DNA of 21,553 bases from Promethearchaeota archaeon (GCA_048940445.1 JBHLON010000045.1:1-21553), one strand, 5' to 3'; shown: positions 1 through 8,614, counted from the stretch's first letter. Translations and numbers: made by a program. The notes: generated from the letters alone by a model not told the origin.

Positions 1-1
1 A

Positions 2-412
2 GGATTAAACCCTATAGTATGTATAGGAGAACACCTAAATGAAAGAGAGATGGGTAAAACTAAGGATTTCATTCTTAGTCAATTCATTAATACTTTTAAA
101 GATCTTACTAAAGAAGACATGATTAAAACTGTTATTGCTTATGAACCAATATGGGCGATAGGTACAGGTAAAACTGCTACTCCAGAACAAGCTGAAGAGA
201 TACATCTCTACATTCGTGGAATTTTAGAAGACCGATATGATAAACAAACTGCTCAAAAAGTAAGAATTCAATATGGGGGGTCGATTAATCCAAATAATGC
301 AGAAGCTTTATTTAATGAAGAAAATATTGATGGTGGATTAGTAGGAGGAGCTTCATTGGAAGCTGATTCTCTCTTTAAAATAGTGGAGGCAGCAGAAATA
401 AGTCTTACTTAA
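2..412 (+). CDS. tpiA: Triosephosphate isomerase, C-terminal part (5'-truncated by window edge), bacterial/eukaryal type
   Basis: Motifs IAYEPIWAIGTGKTA (catalytic Glu, loop 6), YGGS and DGGLVGGASL. The frame is open from position 2 (GLNPIVCIGEHLNERE precedes the listed Met at 50), so the gene starts outside the window. Confidence 0.96.
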   Translation, partial: GLNPIVCIGEHLNEREMGKTKDFILSQFINTFKDLTKEDMIKTVIAYEPIWAIGTGKTATPEQAEEIHLYIRGILEDRYDKQTAQKVRIQYGGSINPNNAEALFNEENIDGGLVGGASLEADSLFKIVEAAEISLT

Positions 413-427
413 AGAAAATATAGTAAA

Positions 428-1285
428 TTATCCAAGAACTTGATTAATTCTTATGGCTAATTTGCCAGGAAATTCTCCCAAATAGGATTGTGGTTCAGCG
501 AGTAAAAGATAATAATAAGGTTCAAATAAATGATTTACTGTTGGACCAACACCTGAATTAATAATGTAAACCCAAATTTGTTGTTCTAGATTATAAGATT
601 GACGATATATCCATTCCATTGGTGATATCTCTGGAAAATTTCCTATATGTCTAAGAATTATGTCTATATCCTTTAAGGTTAGCTCTTTTCCCAAAACCAT
701 GATGGGTGATAAATCAAATGATGTGATGCATATACCATTAAGTCCATAATTTTTCATTTCACCTAGAAAATTATTGCCTAATTTTATTAGCATATTTTTC
801 TTACTATTAACCCGGTTTTTAGCTTCCTTATCAAGTAAAATGTCAAGTATTTGGTCTTCCTCATTTTGTAAAATCTCTAAAGCTGAATCAAGAGGAACCT
901 TCTCAGAAATAAGGATTTCATAAATTAATGTAATTTTCTGAAATATTGCTTTATGTAGCAAATATGGTTCAGTCTGAGTTGTTATTAATACATCACTATT
1001 GTAGTTTGACTCTACCTCAGAATCTTTTTGATTTTCTTCAGAATTAAATTCGAGAATTTCTATTTTCTTATTTAAATTTCGTGCAAATTCAAATAGAGCA
1101 GAAGCTAAACCAGCATTTAATTCAAAAGAACTGACAGGGTCAAAATTAAAATTGTGATTAGTTTTATTTTCAGAGAAATCAAAAAATCTTAAATATAACT
1201 TTGCGTTTTTGGGCGGATCCTTTACATTTATATGATAATAAGGAAATCCAGTATTAGTTATAACTGAAAATTCATAGAACGTCAT
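428..1285 (-). CDS. Hypothetical protein, putative N-terminal longin-like domain plus C-terminal roadblock/profilin-like domain
   Basis: 285-aa ORF filling the gap between tpiA and leuS. N-terminus FSVITNTGFPYY...LNAGLASALFEFARNLNKKIEILEF and C-terminus GICITSFD...YYYLLLAEPQSYLGEFPGKLAIRINQVL. The CDS is well supported; the fold call is by eye only. Confidence 0.55.
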   Translation of the reverse strand: MTFYEFSVITNTGFPYYHINVKDPPKNAKLYLRFFDFSENKTNHNFNFDPVSSFELNAGLASALFEFARNLNKKIEILEFNSEENQKDSEVESNYNSDVLITTQTEPYLLHKAIFQKITLIYEILISEKVPLDSALEILQNEEDQILDILLDKEAKNRVNSKKNMLIKLGNNFLGEMKNYGLNGICITSFDLSPIMVLGKELTLKDIDIILRHIGNFPEISPMEWIYRQSYNLEQQIWVYIINSGVGPTVNHLFEPYYYLLLAEPQSYLGEFPGKLAIRINQVLG

Positions 1286-1425
1286 ATAACTTTAAGAAAT
1301 ATTTAGTCAAAATTTTTTGATTATCATTAATAGGCTTATAATAATGATTTAACTTAGAATATTTAAATTAATTGAGTTAGTATTAAGGTGATAAAAAAGT
1401 AACTACAAGAAATTTCTTTATAACA

Positions 1426-4212
1426 TCATTTTAATAAAATTCCTGGTCTTCCAGGTATTGCTTGACTTGCCTTTCGTTCTAGGGATTCCTCTTCAGAGGT
1501 AACCTTAATATTACAAGAATATTTTTTCTCAAATAACTCTTTTAAATTAGTAAAGAATAGGTATTCTTCCTCAAAAGATATTGGAGATTTTACATACTTA
1601 CCTCGTTTTTTCAAAATTTTTCCTATGAGTTGAGAGATTACTTTTCCATGTGGTTTATACTGCTCATTTTTCATTAGTGTTTTCATCAACAATTTATCAT
1701 CTTCATTGTTTTCAATTAAATCTAATAAATCTGAAAGGAATTTATATTTCCATTCTGCAGCAATAATTATTATTAAATCTTTAAAGTCGTTTTTCTTGAC
1801 AATATGTAAAATCTGGTTGATTGAATTAATTGTATTATCTAAAAGATTCCATTTATATTTATTTTCAAGCGTTAAAACTTTTTCATTATAAGATGGCCAT
1901 TGAGTTAGACTTAAAAAATCCTTATTTCCCAGAATTTCCCATAACTCTTCAGTGACATGGGGAATAAATGGATGTAATAATTTGACTAACTTTTTTTTAC
2001 ACACTTTGAAAATTTTCTCATTTACACCTTCAACCTTATATTTAGTTAATTCTGTGGTAAATTGTATAATCTCATTAAGCGCTTTCCGTATTGAAATTTT
2101 TTCTAAACATTCAGTTACTTTTTTGATTGTTCTATTCAAGTAATAATCAATTAAATTATCTTTAATCGTAATTTCTTTTCTTTTTTTTTCATTATTATCG
2201 GAGAATAATGTGAAAAAATTCGTTATAAATTTATAAGCAAAATTAACACCTTCATCGGACCATTCTAATCCCGATTTTGGGCTTGCACCGAATAAGATAA
2301 AGAATCTTGCTGAATCAGCACCATATTTATCCATTATATTAATTGGATCAACTGTATTTCCAAGACTTTTACTCATTTTTACACTTTTTAGTACATATTT
2401 AGTACCACAACGCTTGCAATCTTTATTATTCATATCCGATTTCATAGCAAATGTTTGACAATTTTGACAATAAGGATGGGCTTTGTTTATCATACCTTGT
2501 GTTAATAATCTTTGGAATGGCTCATCATGAGAATGGAGATTTAAATCACGTGCAACTTTTGTAAAAAATCTAGCGTATAATAAGTGCATAACAGCATGTT
2601 CGATCCCTCCAATGTACTGATCAACATTTCCCCAATAATCTACAAGTTCTTTTCTATAGGGAATGCTCTTAGACTTTGGGTCACAATACCTAAAGAAATA
2701 CCATGAACTATCTACAAATGTATCCATCGTATCTGTTTCTCTTTTAGCAACTCTTCCACACTTTGGACAAATTGTATTTATAAATGTTTTACTTGTTTCT
2801 AAAGGGTTCCCCTTTCCTGTAAATTTAACATCGGTTGGTAATTCAACAGGTAATTTATCATAAGGAACGGGAACAATTCCACAATCATTGCAATATATTA
2901 TAGGAATTGGACAACCCCAATACCTCTGACGTGAAATAAGCCAATCTCTTAGCTTATAATTTGTGGTTTTGAATCCCATTTCCATTTTTTCTAGTTTTTT
3001 TGTAATTAAGTTTATAGCGAGTTTGTTTTCTATTCCATTAAACTCTTCTGAATTAATTAGAAACCCATTACTCTCATAAGCTCTAGACATTTTTTCAGAA
3101 TTTAATTCATAATCATAAGGTTGAATCACAACTTTGATTGGGATCCCATATTCTTTAGCAAACTCGAAATCTCGTTGATCATGAGCAGGAACAGCCATTA
3201 CTGCTCCAGCGCCATATTCATATATCACAAAATTACCTATATAAATAGGAATCTTCTCTTTATTTATTGGATTTACAGCATACTTGCCGATGAACATTCC
3301 TTTCTTTTCAATTTCCACATTTGTTCTTTCAAATTTGTTTTGTTTCATTACCTCTGAATAGAATATTTCAAATTCATTTTTATATTCAGTCTTATCTACC
3401 CATTCTCTAACCCAAGGGTGTTCAGGAGCAAAAACCATAAAAGTTGCTCCATATAACGTATCTGCTCTTGTTGTAAAAATGTCAATGGTCCGCTTTTCTC
3501 CTTCTATTTTAAATTTAATGATTGAGCCTTCTGATTTTCCAATCCAATTATTCTGCATTAATTTTACTTTTTCTGGCCAATCAACAATTTCTAAACCTTC
3601 AAGAAGTTCTTCTGCATAATCCCTTATCTTTAAAAACCATTGGGTTAGAAATCTTTGTTCAACATCAGTATTACATCTCCAACATTTACCAGCTTGGACT
3701 TGCTCGTTTGCAAGTACTGTGACACAATCTGGACACCAATTTACATATGATTTTTCTCTATAAGCCAAGCCATTTTCAAACATTTTTAAAAAGAACCATT
3801 GATCCCATTTATAATAATCAGGATCATGACTAAATATCATTCTTGTCCAATCGTATGAAAGCCCTATACGCTTTTGTTGTTTTTGAATTGTTTTAATATT
3901 AGATTCTGTCCACTTTTTGGGATTTAACCCATGATCGATAGCAGCATTTTCAGCAGGTAACCCAAAAGAATCATATCCCATAGGATATAATACATTGAAC
4001 CCACTCATTCTTTTAAATCGTGCAAAAGTGTCTCCAATGGAATAATTTCGCAAATGACCCATATGTAATTCAGAAGAAGGATAAGGATACATTTCAAGAA
4101 CATAATACTTAGCCCTCTTTTTTGTTAGATTTTCCTTAACCTCAAAGATTTTACTCTGTTCCCATTTCTGTTGCCATTTTTTCTCGATTTTGTGAGGATC
4201 ATATTCAAGCAT
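1426..4212 (-). CDS. leuS: Leucine--tRNA ligase (bacterial-type catalytic core, archaeal-type C-terminal domain)
   Basis: YYVLEMYPYPS, HMGH (HIGH-like, 4054-4065), GYDSFGLPAENAA, CP1 editing motifs FTTRADT and GAVMAVPAHDQRD, DWLISRQRYWG, DTMDTFVDSSWY, GGIEHA and KMSKS (2365-2379). Confidence 0.98.
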   Translation of the reverse strand: MLEYDPHKIEKKWQQKWEQSKIFEVKENLTKKRAKYYVLEMYPYPSSELHMGHLRNYSIGDTFARFKRMSGFNVLYPMGYDSFGLPAENAAIDHGLNPKKWTESNIKTIQKQQKRIGLSYDWTRMIFSHDPDYYKWDQWFFLKMFENGLAYREKSYVNWCPDCVTVLANEQVQAGKCWRCNTDVEQRFLTQWFLKIRDYAEELLEGLEIVDWPEKVKLMQNNWIGKSEGSIIKFKIEGEKRTIDIFTTRADTLYGATFMVFAPEHPWVREWVDKTEYKNEFEIFYSEVMKQNKFERTNVEIEKKGMFIGKYAVNPINKEKIPIYIGNFVIYEYGAGAVMAVPAHDQRDFEFAKEYGIPIKVVIQPYDYELNSEKMSRAYESNGFLINSEEFNGIENKLAINLITKKLEKMEMGFKTTNYKLRDWLISRQRYWGCPIPIIYCNDCGIVPVPYDKLPVELPTDVKFTGKGNPLETSKTFINTICPKCGRVAKRETDTMDTFVDSSWYFFRYCDPKSKSIPYRKELVDYWGNVDQYIGGIEHAVMHLLYARFFTKVARDLNLHSHDEPFQRLLTQGMINKAHPYCQNCQTFAMKSDMNNKDCKRCGTKYVLKSVKMSKSLGNTVDPINIMDKYGADSARFFILFGASPKSGLEWSDEGVNFAYKFITNFFTLFSDNNEKKRKEITIKDNLIDYYLNRTIKKVTECLEKISIRKALNEIIQFTTELTKYKVEGVNEKIFKVCKKKLVKLLHPFIPHVTEELWEILGNKDFLSLTQWPSYNEKVLTLENKYKWNLLDNTINSINQILHIVKKNDFKDLIIIIAAEWKYKFLSDLLDLIENNEDDKLLMKTLMKNEQYKPHGKVISQLIGKILKKRGKYVKSPISFEEEYLFFTNLKELFEKKYSCNIKVTSEEESLERKASQAIPGRPGILLK

Positions 4213-4348
4213 ATAAGTAAAACCTAATCAATTCAAAATTGTTCAATTAAATATTATTTTGAATAATTTATTCAATAAATTTTTTTTTAAATTAGGTTTT
4301 AAATTTATTGGAAAAAACTTAACTTATTTATAAGCCTAAGAAAGTATA
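4213..4348. promoter_or_regulatory. Divergent intergenic/promoter region between leuS and the lipS2 operon, with several inverted repeats
   Basis: 136-nt, very AT-rich gap between divergent start codons. Inverted repeats at 4218-4228/4291-4301, 4259-4275 and 4273-4282/4301-4310. TATA-like TTTATAA at 4327-4333. Exact promoter elements cannot be assigned. Confidence 0.5.
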
Positions 4349-5347
4349 ATGACTGTGGAAAAAATCAGAGTTTCTATTGGAAGCGCAGTGGTATTGGGAT
4401 TAATTGAGAATAAAAGCTATAAAGTAATGCCAACAACATGTTACTGTATGACCTATATAGAGGGCCATTGTATTGCAAATTGCGGTTTTTGTCCCCAGGC
4501 TAGAGATTCTGAAGGATCAACAGAATTTCTATCCCGAGTCACATGGCCTGTTTTTCAATTTAAAGAATTTTTAACAAAATTGAATTATGTGCCTCCTCCT
4601 AAAAGATTTAAAAGAATATGTATACAAACCTTAAACTACAACCAAAATTTCAGTGATATAGTTGAGATTATATCTCAAATTAGAAAAAATTCCAATACAC
4701 CCATTTCTATAGCTATTCCCCCCATGGAGAAAAGTAAATTAAAAGAATTAAAATTAATTGGGGTTGATAGAATAGGAATCGCATTAGATGGGTCAACTGA
4801 GGAAATTTTTGAATCTATAAAGGGAAAAGGAGTAAATGGGCCTTATAGTTGGAATAAACACCATCAAAGCTTAAAGGATGCATTAGATATATTCTCAGTG
4901 GGCAACGTTACTACTCATTTGATAATAGGTTTAGGAGAAACGCAACAACAAATTTTAGAACTTATTCAAAATTTATATAACTTAAAAATTAATGTTAGTT
5001 TATTTGCGTTTACTCCAATAAAGGGAACAAAACTTCAAAATAAATCTAGACCAGATCTCACCGGATTCAGGAAAGTTCAACTCGCTCGATATCTAATAAT
5101 GAATAAAATCAAAAGATTTAAGGATTTTACATTCAATATGAAAGGTGATATTATCAATTTTAATTTAAATCAAAATGAATTAAGAAATATTGTTGAAAAT
5201 TCTGAAGCATTTATGACTACGGGATGTCCTGGGTGTAATCGCCCATATTACACATCTACGCCTTCTGGACCAATGTATAATTTTCCTCGGAAATTATCTA
5301 TGAGAGAAAAAGAAGAGATTTATCATTCATTTTTAAAATTTATATAG
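4349..5347 (+). CDS. lipS2: Radical SAM lipoyl synthase subunit LipS2 (biotin-synthase-like)
   Basis: CxxxCxxC (CIANCGFC) and C-terminal TTGCPGCNRP, matching the TxGCPxC(N/D)RP signature described for Thermococcus LipS2. Adjacent to a lipoate ligase and a LipS1-like gene. Confidence 0.85.
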   Translation: MTVEKIRVSIGSAVVLGLIENKSYKVMPTTCYCMTYIEGHCIANCGFCPQARDSEGSTEFLSRVTWPVFQFKEFLTKLNYVPPPKRFKRICIQTLNYNQNFSDIVEIISQIRKNSNTPISIAIPPMEKSKLKELKLIGVDRIGIALDGSTEEIFESIKGKGVNGPYSWNKHHQSLKDALDIFSVGNVTTHLIIGLGETQQQILELIQNLYNLKINVSLFAFTPIKGTKLQNKSRPDLTGFRKVQLARYLIMNKIKRFKDFTFNMKGDIINFNLNQNELRNIVENSEAFMTTGCPGCNRPYYTSTPSGPMYNFPRKLSMREKEEIYHSFLKFI

Positions 5348-5354
5348 TAAGAAT

Positions 5355-6146
5355 ATGTGCAGAATCATGAAAAGTTGGAGATTTATACCAATACAAACAG
5401 AAAGTGGTTATTGGAATATGGCTCTGGATGAAGCTATTTTAAGATCAATTATTAATAGAAAATCTCCTTTTACAATTAGATTCTATAAATGGAAACCATC
5501 AACCATTTCAATAGGTAAGAATCAAAGTCTCTCAACAGAGGTTAATGTAGATATAGCTAAGCAGAAAGGTTTTAATATTGTAAGGAGGATTACTGGTGGA
5601 GGAGCCGTTTTTCATGATGAATTTGGTGAAATTACATATTCAATTATGTGTTCTCTTAAATTTCTTGAAAATTTAAATGCAAAGAAAGTAATTGAGCAAT
5701 TTGAGTTGATTGAAACTGGTATTATTGAAGGTTTGACCAATTATGGTTTAAAGCCAGAAAAAGGAGTTATACATTGTCCGGCTATATTTTTAAATGGTAA
5801 GAAATTTTCAGGTAATGCCCAAGTTAGGAAGAGAGGTTATCTTCTTCAACATGGTACAATATTATTAGAAATTAATCCTGAATTAATGTATTCTGTATTA
5901 AAAGCCCCTAATAATGTCACAAAATCAAAAATGGTAAAATCTGTCTATACCAAGTGTATAGGTATCAAAGAACAACTTATTAATTATATTGAGAACGATT
6001 TTCTACAGTCATTAAAACAAGGTTTTGAATCCGCGCTACACATCAAATTAGAAAAAGGTAATTTTTCTGAACATGAAATGGAAACGGCTAAATCTCTAAT
6101 GATTGATAAATATTCAAATGAAAAGTGGTTAGCTAAATATGAATGA
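5355..6146 (+). CDS. lplA: Lipoate/octanoate-protein ligase family protein (LplA/LipM catalytic domain only); start may be ATG 5367
   Basis: NMALDEA, RRITGGGAVFHD, GKKFSGNAQ (catalytic Lys) and QHGTIL motifs of the BPL/LplA/LipB family. At 263 aa there is no room for a C-terminal LplB domain. Confidence 0.9.
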   Translation: MCRIMKSWRFIPIQTESGYWNMALDEAILRSIINRKSPFTIRFYKWKPSTISIGKNQSLSTEVNVDIAKQKGFNIVRRITGGGAVFHDEFGEITYSIMCSLKFLENLNAKKVIEQFELIETGIIEGLTNYGLKPEKGVIHCPAIFLNGKKFSGNAQVRKRGYLLQHGTILLEINPELMYSVLKAPNNVTKSKMVKSVYTKCIGIKEQLINYIENDFLQSLKQGFESALHIKLEKGNFSEHEMETAKSLMIDKYSNEKWLAKYE

Positions 6147-7209
6147 ATTAAAGCAATTATTACAGAAATTTAAAGTAGGTTCATATTCTTGGTTAGAATA
6201 TTCCAAATTAATCCAATTGAAATCAGGAGACATAGTTCCTTTTCTAAAACTCGCCTATGATTTGAAGATCAAGAGCTTAGGAAATCAAATGAAAGTTTAC
6301 ATTCCTGATAGTAAATTCCCAGCAATTAGTATCACTGGATCTGATTGCGCTTTACAATGTGAGCATTGTAATAAGAAATATCTGAATGGAATGAAAAGCA
6401 TTGTTTCTAAGGAGGAATTAGAAAACTTTTTATTAACTCTTTTCAAAAATGGCGGTATTGGAGCATTAATCTCCGGAGGTTGTGAACCAGATGGATCAGT
6501 TCCTCTCTTAAAATTTTTAGATACAATTAAACTAATTAAAAGTAAAACAAGCTTAATAATAAATACTCATACAGGATTATTAAATGAAAATACAGCTAAA
6601 AAGTTATCAGAATCAAAAGTAGATATAGTATCTTTTGATATAAGTATGGATGAGGAAATTATTAGAGATATTTATCATTTAAATAAAAATGTTGAAGATT
6701 ATAAAAAATCCATTGAATATTTAAAAAAATATAATTTGAATATAGTACCTCATATTTGTGTTGGCTTGTTGTACGGAAAATTACATAAAGAATTAGAAGC
6801 AATAAAATACATTAAAGAATCTGGAATAAATCCATCTTTAATCGTATTAATTGCATTAATACCTCCTAAACAATCGAAAAAGAAATTTTTTAATCCAAAT
6901 CCAATTGATATTGCCAAGATAATTGCTATAATTAGGTTTGCATTCCCTAATACAGAAATTTCACTAGGTTGTATGAGACCAAGAGGAAATGTGAAATTAC
7001 AAATTGAAAAGTATGCTATTTTAGCTGGAGTCAATCGAATCGAAATTCCTTCAGTTCAGACTTTGAACTGGTTGAAACATAGATTTCCTAAAATAACGTT
7101 TAAGTTTTTTTCTGCATGCTGTGCAATTCCTCCACAGTTTGAAGAATACGCCAAAAGTAAAAATACTGATTTGAAAAAATATATTGAATTTATTTCTAAT
7201 TATGAATGA
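6139..7209 (+). CDS. lipS1: Radical SAM lipoyl synthase subunit LipS1
   Basis: ISITGSDCALQCEHC (CxxxCxxC), LISGG, LGCMRP (GC(M/A)R signature) and C-terminal ACCA (CC signature), as described for LipS1. Operon context agrees. Confidence 0.85.
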   Translation: MNELKQLLQKFKVGSYSWLEYSKLIQLKSGDIVPFLKLAYDLKIKSLGNQMKVYIPDSKFPAISITGSDCALQCEHCNKKYLNGMKSIVSKEELENFLLTLFKNGGIGALISGGCEPDGSVPLLKFLDTIKLIKSKTSLIINTHTGLLNENTAKKLSESKVDIVSFDISMDEEIIRDIYHLNKNVEDYKKSIEYLKKYNLNIVPHICVGLLYGKLHKELEAIKYIKESGINPSLIVLIALIPPKQSKKKFFNPNPIDIAKIIAIIRFAFPNTEISLGCMRPRGNVKLQIEKYAILAGVNRIEIPSVQTLNWLKHRFPKITFKFFSACCAIPPQFEEYAKSKNTDLKKYIEFISNYE

Positions 7210-8614
7210 TAAAATTGAATTAATAGGATTAAAGGGTATTCCGCTTATAAAAGAAGGGAATGATATTGCAAAAATAATTGTAAAAAAACTAAATGAAAAT
7301 AATATCTCCTTATTTAACGGAGATATACTTGTTATAGCACAAACAATAGTGTCAAAAAGTATTGGTAGGACCAGAGATTTAAAAAAAATTAAACCAAGTG
7401 GGAAGGCAATTGAGATTCATAATAAAATTCTCCCTAAAGAAAAAAAGTTCAATGCACACATTAAAGATCCTAAACTTATTCAAGCTATATTAGATGAGTC
7501 AAATAAAATTTTGAAAAGTGAACATGTTTTAATAGTTGAAACCAAACATGGTTTTATTTGTGCAAATGCAGGAATTGATAAGTCTAATGTTGAGGGAGAT
7601 GATATTGTTGCATTATTACCAGAAGATCCTGATGAAGAAGCTGAAAAAATTCGGAATTCTCTAAAAAAGTTCACTAGTAAGGATGTAGCAATAATTATTT
7701 CTGACTCTTTCGGGCGCCCTTTTAGAAATGGAGCGGTTGGAGTCGCAATAGGAACCTCAGGTATTAATCCAATTCTAGACAAACGAGGGTTTCAAGATTT
7801 ATTTGGCTATAAATTACAAAGTACAACTATAGGTCAAGTAGACAATTTAGCATCAGCAGCACAGTTAATTATGGGAGAAACTGATGAAGGTTTACCCATA
7901 GTTATAATAAGGGGTTATAAATTTGAAATGAGTGAGAAAACATCTATTTCAACAATTTTGCGAGAAAAAACTTTAGATTTATTCAGAACAGATATTTCAG
8001 ATAGTTACTTTACTAATATCTTAAAATCTCGAAGAAGTTATAAATTAAAATTTAGTACTAAATCAGTTGATAGAAAAGTCATTGAAGATTGCATTGATAT
8101 AGCAAGATGGGCACCAAGCGCTCATAATGGACAACATTGGCGCTATATTATACTAGAACCAGATAAACTTAGAGAAAGTCTAATTAACAAAATGAATGAG
8201 AAATTAAGGGAAGCCTTATTAAATGATGGAAAGTCTACGGCCTATATAACTAAAAAAATTGAGAAGACTAGATCTCAATTCTTAAGCGCTCCTTATCTAA
8301 TTCTCTTATGTTTGGATAAAAATTATCTAGAATATTATCCAGATTTAGAACGTAATCAAAAGGAATTTATTATGGGAATTCAAAGCGTAAGTGCATCAGC
8401 GTTATACTTTTTGCTTTGTCTTGAATCAAAAAAGTTAGCAGCATGTTGGTATTGTGCACCCTTATTCGCTGAAGCCATTGTAAAGAACATATTAAATTTA
8501 CCAAATTCTTATTATCCAATTGCATTCTTCACCGTTGGTTATTCAACAGAAAATGCTTCAATACCAAAAAGGAAACCTTTGGATGAGATTATATATAAAA
8601 TAAAAAGAATTTAG
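7202..8614 (+). CDS. fbiB: Coenzyme F420-0:L-glutamate ligase (CofE) fused to a C-terminal nitroreductase-like FMN domain (FbiB architecture)
   Basis: CofE motifs GIPLIKEGND, IVSKS, ANAGIDKSN, LPEDPD, SDSFGRPFRNG and DNLASAA. From about 7990 come nitroreductase motifs SRRSYK, WAPSAHNGQHW and TVGY. ATG 7202 is preferred over the listed TTG 7184 because it gives an 8-nt overlap with lipS1. Confidence 0.9.
   Translation: MNDKIELIGLKGIPLIKEGNDIAKIIVKKLNENNISLFNGDILVIAQTIVSKSIGRTRDLKKIKPSGKAIEIHNKILPKEKKFNAHIKDPKLIQAILDESNKILKSEHVLIVETKHGFICANAGIDKSNVEGDDIVALLPEDPDEEAEKIRNSLKKFTSKDVAIIISDSFGRPFRNGAVGVAIGTSGINPILDKRGFQDLFGYKLQSTTIGQVDNLASAAQLIMGETDEGLPIVIIRGYKFEMSEKTSISTILREKTLDLFRTDISDSYFTNILKSRRSYKLKFSTKSVDRKVIEDCIDIARWAPSAHNGQHWRYIILEPDKLRESLINKMNEKLREALLNDGKSTAYITKKIEKTRSQFLSAPYLILLCLDKNYLEYYPDLERNQKEFIMGIQSVSASALYFLLCLESKKLAACWYCAPLFAEAIVKNILNLPNSYYPIAFFTVGYSTENASIPKRKPLDEIIYKIKRI

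Noticed and set aside
1407-1418. 12-nt palindrome AAGAAATTTCTT just downstream of leuS as a terminator
   Set aside because: No loop, nearly all A/T, and expected by chance at this composition.
1706-3722. Five short + strand ORFs (1706-1891, 1952-2143, 2663-2863, 3121-3357, 3522-3722)
   Set aside because: All are antisense within leuS, 61-78 aa, with alternative starts and no motifs. They are shadow ORFs.
7184-7201. TTG start at 7184 for cofE
   Set aside because: ATG 7202 gives a normal CofE N-terminus and the same 8-nt overlap as the previous junction.
4349-7209. Annotation of the two radical SAM genes as biotin synthase (bioB)
   Set aside because: The LipS1/LipS2 signature motifs and the intervening lipoate ligase fit lipoyl synthase better.
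6750-7782. Minus-strand ORFs 6750-7034 and 7480-7782
   Set aside because: Antisense shadows of lipS1 and cofE with no recognisable features.
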